NCBI GenBank assembly: GCA_963735035.1
Contig: CAVTJJ010000004.1
Span: 480,001-544,000 of the forward strand
DNA length: 64,000 bases
Direction of reading: 5' to 3'
Origin: an uncultured candidate division Zixibacteria bacterium
Lineage (GTDB): Bacteria; Zixibacteria; MSB-5A5; GN15; FEB-12
The notes under the pieces were generated by a model, which was given only the letters and a program-made list of their open reading frames with translations, did no database searches and was not told where the DNA came from. Shown piece after piece: positions 1 through 10,370 of the stretch. Positions within the stretch are counted from its first letter, which is position 1. The number at the start of each line of letters is the position of its first letter. A program made the translations under genes and the position numbers.

Positions 1-128
1 GTCGGTTCCACAGCTCCAAGAAGTTGGACGACGGCTGGTTCCAGGCCCGTTGGAAGCTTACTTGCCCCAACGTGGAAGATGACAACAGCTCTTTCGGCTC
101 CTCGGAAGACGCTATTGCGGTGAACTAA
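1..128 (+). CDS. 3' end of a gene entering from the left edge (unknown product)
   Basis: Open frame from position 3 (RFHSSKKLDDGWFQARWKLTCP...AVN) ending TAA 126-128, followed by a terminator-like hairpin. Confidence 0.55.
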   Translation, partial: RFHSSKKLDDGWFQARWKLTCPNVEDDNSSFGSSEDAIAVN

Positions 129-172
129 GCTGCCGGATACTGATAGAATCATAGCCTATGGCTATATCGTTC

Positions 173-208
173 AGGCCGGTCCGCCGTTGCGGGCCGGCCT
201 CTTCTTTT
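173..208 (+). terminator. Intrinsic terminator
   Basis: AGGCCGG...CCGGCCT stem followed by CTTCTTTT. Confidence 0.6.
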
Positions 209-346
209 GGAAACAAACGCTCAGGCGGGAAACAATCTCTGCGCCAGGGGTGTTAAACAGAACGGGAACAGTTCGTATCCCTCCTGTCTCTGTCCTTGTG
301 GACAGTCGCGTACCGGGCGGGGCTTGGCGGAGCCCCTCCCGGATCT

Positions 347-1198
347 TTATTTTAGCTGGTCAGTGACAACTTGAATCAGGGAATCGACCGGATATTGTCC
401 GACAAGCTTAGGTCGAATCTGCTGATAAAGCTTCAACGCTTCTTGCTTCTTAGCCTTTTCCGGCTGGGCGGCGAGAATATTCGCCAGGTTCAGTTGAAGC
501 GACGCATTGGGTGGGTTCTCTTGCTCCACCACGGACCTCATGATTCCTTCGGCCTGTCTGTTTCGCCCCGCATAGGACAGAAGCAGCGCCTTGTTAACAA
601 GAAACGGATTGAGGGGTCCGAACCGGACCACGGCGGAGTCGAGAATCTCAATGGCGGCGTCCAGTGAATCATACTGCGCCGCCCAGGTAGCCGCCTGAAG
701 GTAGATGGCCTGGTTGCTGGTACCGTGCTGGATAGCGCGGCGGGCATGAAAGAACGCTCGTGGTTGGTCGCCGTTCTTGAGCCAGAGGTCGGCCAATTGT
801 TCATGCCATTTGTCATCACTATCGCCCATCTCGATCATGGCCTCGATCGCGTTGATACCGTTCTGCCAGTCACCCAGCGCCACGGCAACTTCAAGGATCT
901 TCTCGTTGAGAGCCCGGTCGCCGGGATGCATCAAATCGGCCCGCTTGAGATAGTAGATGGTCGAATCGAGACGGGAATCCCGCCGATAAGCCTCGGCCAC
1001 CCCGATCAAAGACTCCTTGTCGGAATTGTCCTTTTCGAGCGCCTGGAGATAGTATTCCCGCGCTTTGGCAAATTCCTTCTTGTCGAGCGCTTCTTTGCCG
1101 GACGCGCGAAGGTCTTCGACCGAGCGAGAACACCCGGACAACACGAGCGCGGCTAAGATCAACAAACCTAGTAAGATTCTATTACGCATATTACACAT
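347..1198 (-). CDS. TPR-repeat lipoprotein
   Basis: Signal peptide with lipobox LSGC; helical TPR-like repeats (AREYYLQAL, IYYLKRA). Confidence 0.8.
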   Translation of the reverse strand: MCNMRNRILLGLLILAALVLSGCSRSVEDLRASGKEALDKKEFAKAREYYLQALEKDNSDKESLIGVAEAYRRDSRLDSTIYYLKRADLMHPGDRALNEKILEVAVALGDWQNGINAIEAMIEMGDSDDKWHEQLADLWLKNGDQPRAFFHARRAIQHGTSNQAIYLQAATWAAQYDSLDAAIEILDSAVVRFGPLNPFLVNKALLLSYAGRNRQAEGIMRSVVEQENPPNASLQLNLANILAAQPEKAKKQEALKLYQQIRPKLVGQYPVDSLIQVVTDQLK

Positions 1199-1316
1199 CC
1201 TGATTGACTGGCATTATACGACAATCCGGTCAGTAATTCAATATACCTGCCCGCTTGTCCGTGGTTCCCGGTTCTCCGCCCGGGGAGAATTTGAGATAGC
1301 TTCGTTTCGGTCAGCG

Positions 1317-1476
1317 CGAGGCTCGTCCGCGCCTCGCGGGCGGGACTTGGCGATCTCGAATGTCGCTAAGTGCCCGGCAGATGCCCACATCTGCCAGCTC
1401 GTATTGATGACGGTGAATCGGGATTGCCACGCTACGCTACCCCGCCTCGCGGCGGGTCAGCTCCACTCGCAATGAC
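1317..1476. repeat. REP/RPE-like palindromic element (GCGAG...GGCGATCTC / GATTGCCAC...CTCGCAATGAC family)
   Basis: Related copies at 38453-38500 and 56058-56187. Confidence 0.65.
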
Positions 1477-1547
1477 CGGGGAACAGGCTCCTTTTGTGTA
1501 AGCTCCGGTTCGGGTTGACAGGCCATTTGGTTCGAGTAGATTGCCGT

Positions 1548-2453
1548 ATGGCCGAAACCGAAAGTCAATTGACCACCGCCAGAGTATTGGCGCTGACCCA
1601 GTTCTGCGGCGTAACGCCCCGACTGTTCGACGTGCTCATGCGCCGTTTCCAAACTCTGGATGGGGTTTTTGGCGCCAGTCGTTCCGCTTATGTGGAGATC
1701 GATGGGATCCCGCAAGCCCAGGTAGCCAAGTTAGCCAAGGCATCCAACCGTCTGGCTGACGCGGAAGCTATGATGACGGCACTGACCGCCCGCGGCATCG
1801 AACTGATAACCCGATTCGACGATGCCTACTGTCACCTCCTGTTTGAACTGAATGACCCGCCGGTGCTGTTGTTTGTCCGAGGTAGTGTTATTGATACGTC
1901 CCGACGAACCATCGCGGTGGTAGGGACCAGCAAGGCCACTGCCGAGGGGATAGAATCGACATCGCGTCTGGTCAAGGAATTGGTAAGCCGCGATGTGCAA
2001 ATTGTCTCGTCGCTTCGGGGCGGGATCGATACGGCGGTTCATTTGGCCGCGCGTGCTGTCGGAGGAAAATCGTACGCGGTGATCGACTGCGGCATCGACC
2101 ACATCGATCAGAGCGAAGGTGTCCCGGTGGCGATTGATATCGCGCGGTCGGGTGGTGTTATTTCCGAATACGCACCCGACGTGACCGTTGGGCCGAAGAG
2201 TATGTCAGCATCCAATAGATTGATAATCGGACTGGCTCAGGCGGTGGTGGTCACCGAAGTCTACGCCGCTTCCGCTCGGACGCTGGACTTGTTGGGCGCC
2301 TGTCGCGATATTGGAAAACTTACATTTCTCATGGTCGATCCGCGCCATGGAGCGCTTTCCGACGCCTATAGCCTGGCCGCAGCCCATGATTACGGAGCAA
2401 TCCCGATAGATGGACTGACCAAGGTCAACGATATTGTCAAATCCCTGGTGTGA
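1548..2453 (+). CDS. dprA: DNA-processing protein DprA (divergent)
   Basis: DPPVLLFVRG, IAVVGT, GIDTAVH, ISEY, NRLIIGLAQAVVVTE motifs; ATG at 1548. Confidence 0.85.
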   Translation: MAETESQLTTARVLALTQFCGVTPRLFDVLMRRFQTLDGVFGASRSAYVEIDGIPQAQVAKLAKASNRLADAEAMMTALTARGIELITRFDDAYCHLLFELNDPPVLLFVRGSVIDTSRRTIAVVGTSKATAEGIESTSRLVKELVSRDVQIVSSLRGGIDTAVHLAARAVGGKSYAVIDCGIDHIDQSEGVPVAIDIARSGGVISEYAPDVTVGPKSMSASNRLIIGLAQAVVVTEVYAASARTLDLLGACRDIGKLTFLMVDPRHGALSDAYSLAAAHDYGAIPIDGLTKVNDIVKSLV

Positions 2454-3075
2454 GCCAGAAACTGTGGACGACACCTACCTGACAATCGAGCGAGAAGCCC
2501 GCGCCGAGATCAAAGAAAAGGGATCGCGCTTTATTGCTGAATCGTTTCTTGCGGTCTCGCTCGACGAGGCTCTGGCGAAACTGGAGATGGTGCGAAAGCG
2601 GGAGTTTCAGGCGACGCATCACTGCTATGCCTATCTGATAGGTACAACTGGAGCGCCGCTGTTCAAGTATTCCGACGACGGCGAACCCAGCGGCACGGCG
2701 GGCAAACCGATTTATGATCTGGCCGCCGGCCGGAATCTGACCAACTTGCTCATAGTCGTAACAAGATATTTCGGCGGGACCAAGCTCGGCACAGGGGGAT
2801 TGGCGCACGCTTACGCAGACGCCACACGCGCTGTGCTGGAAAATTCCGGAGTGCGGACTAATTTCCTGACGCATCACTATCAATTCACGCTTGAGTTTCC
2901 ACAATACGATTCCTGGCTGCGGGAACTGCACCGACTCGAAGCGCGGATTGTGGATTCACAATTTACCGAACGGGTAAGCATGTCGGTTGAGATTCGCCGC
3001 AGTCGAGCCACCGAGTTGACCGAGCGATACATTGAGCTGACCGCAGGAAAGGGACGCTTTGAGAAGATCGACTGA
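2434..3075 (+). CDS. yigZ: YigZ/IMPACT family protein
   Basis: EKGSRFIA, ATHHCYAY, SDDGEPSGTAGKP, VTRYFGGTKLGTGGL motifs. Confidence 0.92.
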   Translation: MSNPWCEPETVDDTYLTIEREARAEIKEKGSRFIAESFLAVSLDEALAKLEMVRKREFQATHHCYAYLIGTTGAPLFKYSDDGEPSGTAGKPIYDLAAGRNLTNLLIVVTRYFGGTKLGTGGLAHAYADATRAVLENSGVRTNFLTHHYQFTLEFPQYDSWLRELHRLEARIVDSQFTERVSMSVEIRRSRATELTERYIELTAGKGRFEKID

Positions 3076-3997
3076 CAAATCAGATACCGTCCGGCGAGTC
3101 GACTGCCTCGGGCTGGGGATCATGCCGCTCGATTTTCTCCTGGAGATAAGTGATTACCCACCTCCCGGTGGCAAGAGGGACGCATCAGCCCTGACCATCC
3201 AGTCGGGCGGGCCAGTGCCCAATGTTCTGGTCGGTTTGCAGCGGTTGGGACATACAACAGCGTTGATTACAGCCGTAGCTCCCGATCTGGTCGGTCGACA
3301 AAGTGCAGAGGAGACCGCCCGCGAAGGCGTGGACATGCGCCATCTGGTCTGGAAGAAAGGTTCCTCACTTATGGCGGGGGGGTTCGTGGAGCGTGGCTCA
3401 GGGCGGAGAACGATTGTCCTCAGTCGGTCGATCCATGTCTCGCCGCGCGACGTGATTGTTGAGAAGCTGCCCATACCAAGACTGATTCATCTCGACGGGC
3501 GCGATCTGGGCGCGTGTATCAAATTGGCGCGGTGGGGACGAAAAGTCGGCGCGGTGATTTGTTTCGATATTGGCTCGATGCGCAACGATGTGTCGCCCAT
3601 CTTCCCATTGGTGGATCATCTGGTGGTAGCCGATTCATATGCGCTCCCGTTCACGCGGAGTCGCACCGCACGGCAAGCGGTGAACTGTCTGAAATCACGT
3701 TGTCCTGGCACGGTGGTAGTCACAGAAGGAACCGAAGGATCGCTGGGTCTGGAAAATGGTGTCTGGGTGAAACAGCGGGCGTTCTGCGTAAAGAACGTCG
3801 ATACCACCGGGGCGGGCGATGCGTACCACACAGGATATATGTATGGCTTGCTGCATGGCTATGATCTCGCGGAGCGGATGCATTTCGGGGCGGCCGTGGC
3901 GGCCTTGAAATGTACCAAGCCGGGGGCGCGATCCGGCGCCCCAACGATGCCGCAAGTGCGAGGGTTCCTAAGAGGCAATCCGAGGATGTATGCTTGA
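3059..3997 (+). CDS. PfkB family carbohydrate kinase
   Basis: N-terminal GGPVPN and C-terminal DTTGAGDAY PfkB signatures. Confidence 0.9.
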   Translation: MRRSTDKSDTVRRVDCLGLGIMPLDFLLEISDYPPPGGKRDASALTIQSGGPVPNVLVGLQRLGHTTALITAVAPDLVGRQSAEETAREGVDMRHLVWKKGSSLMAGGFVERGSGRRTIVLSRSIHVSPRDVIVEKLPIPRLIHLDGRDLGACIKLARWGRKVGAVICFDIGSMRNDVSPIFPLVDHLVVADSYALPFTRSRTARQAVNCLKSRCPGTVVVTEGTEGSLGLENGVWVKQRAFCVKNVDTTGAGDAYHTGYMYGLLHGYDLAERMHFGAAVAALKCTKPGARSGAPTMPQVRGFLRGNPRMYA

Positions 3998-4544
3998 TAT
4001 CCTGGCCAATATCGATACACAGGTATTTCTGTTCTTCAACGTGACACTCGCCAATCCGGTCACGAATTTCATCATGCCGATTATCACATCGGACTGGATG
4101 CTTCGTATCCTGTACGCGATTGCGGTTGTGATTATGCTGATATTCGGCAAGGCCCGTCTGCGCTGGGCGGTGCTGTGCTCGGTCATCGTGCTGGTGTTGA
4201 CAGATCAGATTTCGGCCGGGGTCCTGAAACCACTGTTTGGCCGCCTGCGGCCGTGTCAGGTGCTTGAAGGGATCAACCTGCTCGTCACTTGTGGTGGTGG
4301 GAAATCGATGCCGTCGTCACATGCCGCCAACTCGTTCGGCCAGGCGGTGCTGTTTAGTCTTTTGTTTCCGGCGGTGCGATGGCCGTTGATAATCTTCGCG
4401 GCGCTCGTGGCGATGAGTCGGGTGATGGTGGGAGTACATTATCCGTTCGATATTATCGCCGGGGCGATTCTCGGTGCTTTGATAGGCTGGGCCGCCGCGA
4501 AAGCGACCCGCCTGATTCCGGTGTGGAAGACCAAAACCACTTAG
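3990..4544 (+). CDS. PAP2 family membrane phosphatase
   Basis: KPLFGRLRP, SMPSSHA, SRVMVGVHYPFD catalytic motifs. Confidence 0.92.
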   Translation: MLDILANIDTQVFLFFNVTLANPVTNFIMPIITSDWMLRILYAIAVVIMLIFGKARLRWAVLCSVIVLVLTDQISAGVLKPLFGRLRPCQVLEGINLLVTCGGGKSMPSSHAANSFGQAVLFSLLFPAVRWPLIIFAALVAMSRVMVGVHYPFDIIAGAILGALIGWAAAKATRLIPVWKTKTT

Positions 4545-4555
4545 GTATTGATAGT

Positions 4556-5080
4556 ATGCCGGTAACTATGGAAGTGGTGCACGGCGATATCACTGTCGCC
4601 TACACCGACGCGATTGTAAACGCCGCCAACAATCATTTGTGGATGGGGTCAGGTGTCGCCGGGGCAATCAAACAAAGAGGGGGCGATGTAATCGAGCAGG
4701 AAGCGGTTGCAAAGGGTCCCGTAATTCCGGGCGAAGCTGTCTTCACCGGAGCCGGAAGACTGCCATTCAGATATGTCATTCATGGTGCAGTGATGGGACA
4801 GGATTTGCGCACCAACGACCGCTTAATCCGCCAGACAACCATAGCCTGTCTCAACCTCGCCGACAAACTGGGTGTTGAGTCGATTGCCTTTCCGGCTTTC
4901 GGTACGGGGGTAGGTGGCTTTCCAATGCAGGCCTGTGCCAATATCATGATTGACGCCGTCCGCACCTGGAGCGATCTGGCCCGCAAAGTAAAACGCGTGC
5001 AGTTCTGTCTGTTTGATGAAATCGGGTACGGTTTGTTTAAGATGGCGCTCGCCCGGAAGCAGCCGACTGACGAGGGTTAG
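4556..5080 (+). CDS. Macro domain (ADP-ribose binding/hydrolase) protein
   Basis: GDIT, DAIVNAAN, GSGVAGAI, SIAFPAFGTGVGGF motifs; ATG at 4556. Confidence 0.92.
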   Translation: MPVTMEVVHGDITVAYTDAIVNAANNHLWMGSGVAGAIKQRGGDVIEQEAVAKGPVIPGEAVFTGAGRLPFRYVIHGAVMGQDLRTNDRLIRQTTIACLNLADKLGVESIAFPAFGTGVGGFPMQACANIMIDAVRTWSDLARKVKRVQFCLFDEIGYGLFKMALARKQPTDEG

Positions 5081-5095
5081 CGCAGAACCGTCGGG

Positions 5096-5668
5096 CTAAT
5101 TGGCCACTTTGGCTTTGAATTGCCCCTGGAAACTCAGAGTGTCGTGCAGGGCGTTCTCGTAATTTCCGTCAACGGTGCCGAACAGTTTATTCTTAACGAT
5201 CGAGTCGATCACCAAACGGCCGTCGATGGGGAAATACATTCGGCCCTCGTTGCCAACTTCATAGCGACCCAACTGTTGCACGAAAGAATTGCTCTTGAGA
5301 GTTATGGAATCGGGCCCCGGAGTCAAAGGCAACTGAAGAAAGAGGCGGAAACGTTCGTAGCGGTCGAAGCTCACGATGTCTTCCGGCCGTGAACCCATAT
5401 TCGCCCCCCGGGCGCCGGTTATGAGAACCAGGCAATTGGCATCGCCGCGGACCATCTTGTCCGTTGATGACGGATCGCCCAGCACTACCCCCATGAAATA
5501 CTCGGTCTTCTCGATCTTGATCTTAGAGCGGTGCCCCTCGTTGATCGTGAACATCTCCAACCGGTATCGGCTGGTACAGGCAGAGGCTACGGTCAGAATT
5601 ATCGCGACAATCGTCAGCACGGCCGCGTGTCGGTAAATGGACATGTCAATGTGACGAAACGGCCGCAT
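5096..5668 (-). CDS. Hypothetical lipoprotein
   Basis: Hydrophobic signal ending in ASAC; co-oriented directly downstream of the GNAT gene. Confidence 0.7.
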   Translation of the reverse strand: MRPFRHIDMSIYRHAAVLTIVAIILTVASACTSRYRLEMFTINEGHRSKIKIEKTEYFMGVVLGDPSSTDKMVRGDANCLVLITGARGANMGSRPEDIVSFDRYERFRLFLQLPLTPGPDSITLKSNSFVQQLGRYEVGNEGRMYFPIDGRLVIDSIVKNKLFGTVDGNYENALHDTLSFQGQFKAKVAN

Positions 5669-5689
5669 CTTTGTTCAGTCCTGAGACGA

Positions 5690-6817
5690 TTACAGGGGCA
5701 TTTCCATGACCCGGTAGCGTTTGTAAACGAAAGCCTGCATTTGCTCGACGCCATGACGCATGAGATCGTTGGTTTCGAGAATCCAGCTCAATTCACCCCA
5801 TTTGTATCCGTACTCGTGACCACGGCGCAGGGTCTCGGCGTAGAGCATCATATCCACGCCCAGCTTGCGGTACTCGGGGATGACGCCGAAGGTAATTAGG
5901 CGGCACTGGTCGACCTTGTTGCTCACTTTGGTGTGCCAGAGAAGCTTAAGTAGCCCTAGTGGCAACAGCCGTCCATCGAGCCGGATCAATGCCTGATTGA
6001 TATTGGGAATGGCCAGGGAGAAACCAACGGCCCGGCCTTCATGCTCGGCAATGCAGACAATGCGGGGATCAAGAATCTGTTTGAGGTTCTTGGCCAGGTG
6101 ATCGAATTCGGCCTCGTCCATCGGTACGAAGCCCCAGTTCTTGGCCCAGGCCTGATTGTAGACTTCCCGGATCAAGCGAACTTCACGCTCGAAGTTGTGC
6201 AAGTCGATGGAGCGAATCTTGACCCGACTGCGCGCCGCCCGGTAATCGACGACCTTCTTGATCCGATCGGTCAGGCCTAGATCGGTGGGGAGCTTGTACG
6301 CGAGCAGGTCCATCACCTTGCGCAAACCGAACTTCTCCGCCAGTTTGTGCTGGTACGGAAAGTTGTAGGTCATCATGACCATCGGCGGGCTGTCGAAACC
6401 TTCGACCAGAAAGCCGCACTCCTGGTTGGTGGTGAAATTCATGGGCCCGCGCATGCGATCCATGCCGACCTTCTTCAGTTCAATCATCGCCACTTTGAGC
6501 AGTTTGCGGGAGATTTCCTCGTCTTCGAGCGAGTCGAAGAATCCGAAGAATCCCGTGCGCTCGTCGTGATAATCGTTGTGGCGATAGCTTACGCAGGTCG
6601 CGATGCGTCCAACGACTTCTTCGCCACGCATGGCCAGAAAGAGCTGAGTCCGGGCCGTGCGGTAGAACGGATTGTTCTTGAAGTCGAAGAACTCTTTCCG
6701 TTCGACATACAACGGGGTGACATAATTCGGGTCATTGGCATAGAGCCGGTTGGGGAAGAGGATAAACTCTTTCAACTGGCGCGACGATTCGACTTCGACG
6801 ACGTTAATTTCAGACAT
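5690..6817 (-). CDS. GNAT-family N-acyltransferase, bacterial ceramide synthase (bCerS)-like
   Basis: FILFP..LY..DPNYV.PL, VVGRIA, GFFGFF, RGPMNF, YN.PY, NWGFVP, ELSWILE.N motifs; adjacent to SPT-like gene. Confidence 0.75.
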   Translation of the reverse strand: MSEINVVEVESSRQLKEFILFPNRLYANDPNYVTPLYVERKEFFDFKNNPFYRTARTQLFLAMRGEEVVGRIATCVSYRHNDYHDERTGFFGFFDSLEDEEISRKLLKVAMIELKKVGMDRMRGPMNFTTNQECGFLVEGFDSPPMVMMTYNFPYQHKLAEKFGLRKVMDLLAYKLPTDLGLTDRIKKVVDYRAARSRVKIRSIDLHNFEREVRLIREVYNQAWAKNWGFVPMDEAEFDHLAKNLKQILDPRIVCIAEHEGRAVGFSLAIPNINQALIRLDGRLLPLGLLKLLWHTKVSNKVDQCRLITFGVIPEYRKLGVDMMLYAETLRRGHEYGYKWGELSWILETNDLMRHGVEQMQAFVYKRYRVMEMPL

Positions 6818-6825
6818 AGAGGCTA

Positions 6826-8049
6826 TTAAATCAGGCCGTGCTCGCGACCGACTTTAGCCATGACTTCGAGAACGCGGTCAAGCTGATCGTCGGTGTGAGT
6901 CGCGGTGTAAGAGGTGCGAATCATGGCTTGCCCCGGAGGCACCGCCGGCGAAACTACCGGGTTGGTGAACACGCCGTTATCGAAAAGCGCCTTCCAGAAC
7001 GTAAAGCAGGCCATGTCTTCACCTATCTTGAGCGGAATAATCGGAGTGGCAGTGTGACCGATATCGTAGCCGAGTCCCTTAAGTTCGCGCTGCATCTTGA
7101 GAGCGTTCTTCCAGAGTTTTTCGCGACGTTCCGGTTCGGCCTGGATAATATCCAGCGCCGCCAGCACGGCCGCGGCCGAGGAAGGTGTGATGGAAGCGGA
7201 GAAGATCAAGGCCCGGCCAAAGTGTTTGATATAATCGATGACTTCGTGTTTGCCGGCGATAAATCCGCCCTGTGAGGCGAACGACTTGGAAAACGTCCCC
7301 ATCGCCAGGTCGACCCGACCCTGCAGTCCGAAATGCTCGGCCGTGCCGGCTCCGGTCTTGCCGAGTACTCCGATAGAGTGAGCGTCGTCGACCATGGTTC
7401 TCGCCCCGTACTTCTCGGCCAAATTGACCAGGCCGGGGAGATCGATAATATCACCTTCCATGGAAAAGACGCCGTCCACCACGATCATGATTCCGCCCCG
7501 GGTATGAGTATTGCGGACATTGACCAGAACGCGTTCGAGGTCCTCCATGTCATTGTGGGCGAACTTGTAGGTCTTGCCGTACGAGAGACGGCAGGCGTCG
7601 ACAATACAGGCGTGCACCTGGCGGTCGATCACCAGGGCGTCGTTTTTGCCCGCCAGACAGGAAATCGTACCGAGATTGGTTTGAAAGCCGGTCGAAAAGA
7701 CGAGGGCCTCTTCGGCGTGCGCAAACTTCGCCAGTCGCTTCTGCAGTTCGAGATGCAGGTCGAGGGTACCGTTGAGAAAAGGCGAACCGGTACACCCGGC
7801 GCCGTATTTCTTGACAGCGGCCATGGCCGCTTCTTTGACCTTGGGGTGATTGACCAGACCCATGTAGTTATTGGAGCCGATCATGATGCACTTGCGGCCG
7901 TAGATAACCACCTCGTCACCCGCGCCGGACTCAATCGGATGGAAATAGGGATAAACCCCGGCAGCCCGCACTTGATTGGCGGTGGTAAATGAAGTGCACT
8001 TGTCAAAAATGTCGCCGTATGCGACTTGAACCTTGTCTGGCGCTTGCAA
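6826..8049 (-). CDS. spt: Serine palmitoyltransferase-like class II PLP enzyme (alpha-oxoamine synthase)
   Basis: GSNNYMGL, GSPFLNGT, DGVFSMEGD, DDAHSIG, GTFSKS PLP-lysine motif; probable TTG start at 8049 behind AAGGAG. Confidence 0.75.
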   Translation of the reverse strand: MQAPDKVQVAYGDIFDKCTSFTTANQVRAAGVYPYFHPIESGAGDEVVIYGRKCIMIGSNNYMGLVNHPKVKEAAMAAVKKYGAGCTGSPFLNGTLDLHLELQKRLAKFAHAEEALVFSTGFQTNLGTISCLAGKNDALVIDRQVHACIVDACRLSYGKTYKFAHNDMEDLERVLVNVRNTHTRGGIMIVVDGVFSMEGDIIDLPGLVNLAEKYGARTMVDDAHSIGVLGKTGAGTAEHFGLQGRVDLAMGTFSKSFASQGGFIAGKHEVIDYIKHFGRALIFSASITPSSAAAVLAALDIIQAEPERREKLWKNALKMQRELKGLGYDIGHTATPIIPLKIGEDMACFTFWKALFDNGVFTNPVVSPAVPPGQAMIRTSYTATHTDDQLDRVLEVMAKVGREHGLI

Positions 8050-8337
8050 ACGAACTCCTTCAGGCAATCAGGTGGCAGACACTCGGCAGAAAAAACCGAT
8101 TCCGGTCCAAAAAGTCAAGTGATTAGGTACGACTGATTTGGGCAATGTTTCGACTCTAACTGCTTGCACTTCAACAAGGCTGGTGGGAAGAACTGCCATG
8201 TCAGGCATCCGCCGCACAGTCAGGCCCCAGGATTTCTCTCCTAATGTAGGCTGTTTTTCAAGGTGCGGATGCCCCTGACAGGCGAAAGCCGGAGCGTAGG
8301 CACTCCGGCTTCGCACACGGTTCGTGTCTTGACAGTA

Positions 8338-9426
8338 CTAGCCGTTGGCCTTCTTGAAATCCAGCATGAACCCGGCCAGTTTCTCGGCGCCTTCGATAGT
8401 CATCGCATTGTAGAGCGAAACTCTAATGCCGCCCACCGAGCGGTGACCCTTCAGTCCGACAAACCCGGCCTTCTTGGCTTCGCTGACGAACTTCTTTTCG
8501 AGGTCCTCGTTGGGCAACCGCAGGTTGATGTTCATCCAGCTACGGCTGTCTTTGTCCACCGTACCCTTGAAGAACTCAGGATACTTATCGATCAACTCGT
8601 AGATCTTCTCCTGCTTGGTCTGATTGACCTTTTCAACCGCGGCCAGCCCGCCCTGCCCTTTGATCCATTCCAGCACCAGCCGCATCACGTAGACCGTCAG
8701 CGACGGCGGCGTGTTGTAGAGCGACTTCTCTTTGGCGTGGGTGCGGTAATCGAACATGGTCGGGTTGCCGTTCTTGCACTTCTGAAGCAGGTCGTCGTGT
8801 ATGACTACCAGGACCAGTCCGGACGGTCCCAGGTTCTTCTGCGCGCCCGCATAAACCATCGCGTACTTGGTGAATTCCCAGCGCTTCGACATAATGTCGG
8901 ATGACATGTCGGCGATCAACGGCACTCCGGTCACTTTCGGGGTGGACTGCCATTGGGTGCCGAATATCGTGTTGTTCGTGGTGATGTGTAAGTAAGCGGC
9001 ATCGGCCGGTATCTTGATGTCGGCTTCTTTCGGAATATACCGATACTGATCCGCCTTGGAACTGACAACGACATGGGCGCCGCCCAGGATTTTGGCCTCT
9101 TTGATAGCCTTGTCCGCCCAGACCCCGCTATCGACATAGGCCCCGAGCTTGCCGCCGTATGCGAAATTCATCGGTACCAGCGCGAACTGGGTCGATGCAC
9201 CGCCGGTCATGAAGAGCACGTGAAACTTGTCGTTGAGACCCATCAACTCGCGCACCAGAGCGATGGTGGCGTCGTTGATCTCTTCGTACTCCGCCGAGCG
9301 GTGGGACATTTCCATCACGGACATCCCGGTGCCTTTGTAATCCAGTAATTCCTCCTGGACCTTCTTCAGGACTTCCAGGGGAAGGGTGGACGGCCCCGCA
9401 TTGAAATTGAATATTCTGTGTGCCAT
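8338..9426 (-). CDS. serC: Phosphoserine aminotransferase
   Basis: FNFNAGP, EMSHRS, GGASTQF, ADMSS, AGAQKNLGP, YNTPP, GHRSVGG motifs. Confidence 0.97.
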   Translation of the reverse strand: MAHRIFNFNAGPSTLPLEVLKKVQEELLDYKGTGMSVMEMSHRSAEYEEINDATIALVRELMGLNDKFHVLFMTGGASTQFALVPMNFAYGGKLGAYVDSGVWADKAIKEAKILGGAHVVVSSKADQYRYIPKEADIKIPADAAYLHITTNNTIFGTQWQSTPKVTGVPLIADMSSDIMSKRWEFTKYAMVYAGAQKNLGPSGLVLVVIHDDLLQKCKNGNPTMFDYRTHAKEKSLYNTPPSLTVYVMRLVLEWIKGQGGLAAVEKVNQTKQEKIYELIDKYPEFFKGTVDKDSRSWMNINLRLPNEDLEKKFVSEAKKAGFVGLKGHRSVGGIRVSLYNAMTIEGAEKLAGFMLDFKKANG

Positions 9427-9464
9427 TGTTTATCGCCTCATAAAGGTCAGTGTATCGTCGTTAA

Positions 9465-10349
9465 CTACTTCTTTGCAGTCGCATATTGGCCGATCAGTGC
9501 GTCAACTATGACGCCGATCCGGCCCATGTTCTCTTTCGTCTCGGCTCCGATATGGGGTGCAAAGACACAGTTGGGAGCGCTCAGCAATGGGCAAGTCCAT
9601 TCCGGCGGATCGGAATACCAGACGTCGGTGGCGTACCCCGCTACCTTGCCGCTCTTGAGCGCCTCAGCCAGATCGCCTTCAGCGATGCATTTCCCGCGCC
9701 CGGTGTTTACAATGCGGACGCCGTCTTTCATTTTGGCGATGGACGTCTTGTTGATCATTCCTTTGGTCTGGTCGGTCAGCGGCATATGGAGCGAGAGGTA
9801 ATCCGCCTGCGCCAGTACTTCGTCTATTGTGGGAAGAATCTGGGCGGCATCGGAGAAAAACACGTACGGGTCGTACGCGATTACTTTCATGCCAAACGCC
9901 TTTGCTCGTGTAGCCAGAGCAGAGCCGATCTTGCCGATCCCGAGAATGCCGAGCGTCTTCCCGTACAATTCGGTTCTCTTGAGTTCCTTCTTGGCCCAGT
10001 TCTGCTGACGCATCGTGCTGTCGGCGCGAGTGATCTGGTTGGGAAGGGCGATCATCATGGCAAAAGCTAATTCGGCCACCGCCACGGTTGAAGCATCGGC
10101 GGTGTTGAATACCTGGATGCCTTTCCCCTTGGCGTAGGGAATATCGACATTGTCCAGACCGACCCCGCCTCGGATGACGAGCTTCATCTTAGGCGCGGCG
10201 TCAATGTACTCCTTGGTGACTTTGGTCTTACTGCGTATCAGCACTACTTCGGCCTCGGCCACGCGGCTCTGCTCGTCAGTCACTTCGCCGTATTTCTTGA
10301 GTCGCCCCGGCAGGGCGGAATCGAAAGCGTCTGATATTAATATAAGCAT
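9465..10349 (-). CDS. serA: D-3-phosphoglycerate dehydrogenase (short form)
   Basis: GVGLDNVD, VAELA, GIGKIG Rossmann, NTGRG, PHIGA motifs; next to serC. Confidence 0.88.
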   Translation of the reverse strand: MLILISDAFDSALPGRLKKYGEVTDEQSRVAEAEVVLIRSKTKVTKEYIDAAPKMKLVIRGGVGLDNVDIPYAKGKGIQVFNTADASTVAVAELAFAMMIALPNQITRADSTMRQQNWAKKELKRTELYGKTLGILGIGKIGSALATRAKAFGMKVIAYDPYVFFSDAAQILPTIDEVLAQADYLSLHMPLTDQTKGMINKTSIAKMKDGVRIVNTGRGKCIAEGDLAEALKSGKVAGYATDVWYSDPPEWTCPLLSAPNCVFAPHIGAETKENMGRIGVIVDALIGQYATAKK

Positions 10350-10370
10350 GGTTCGTATCCTCTATCTGAA

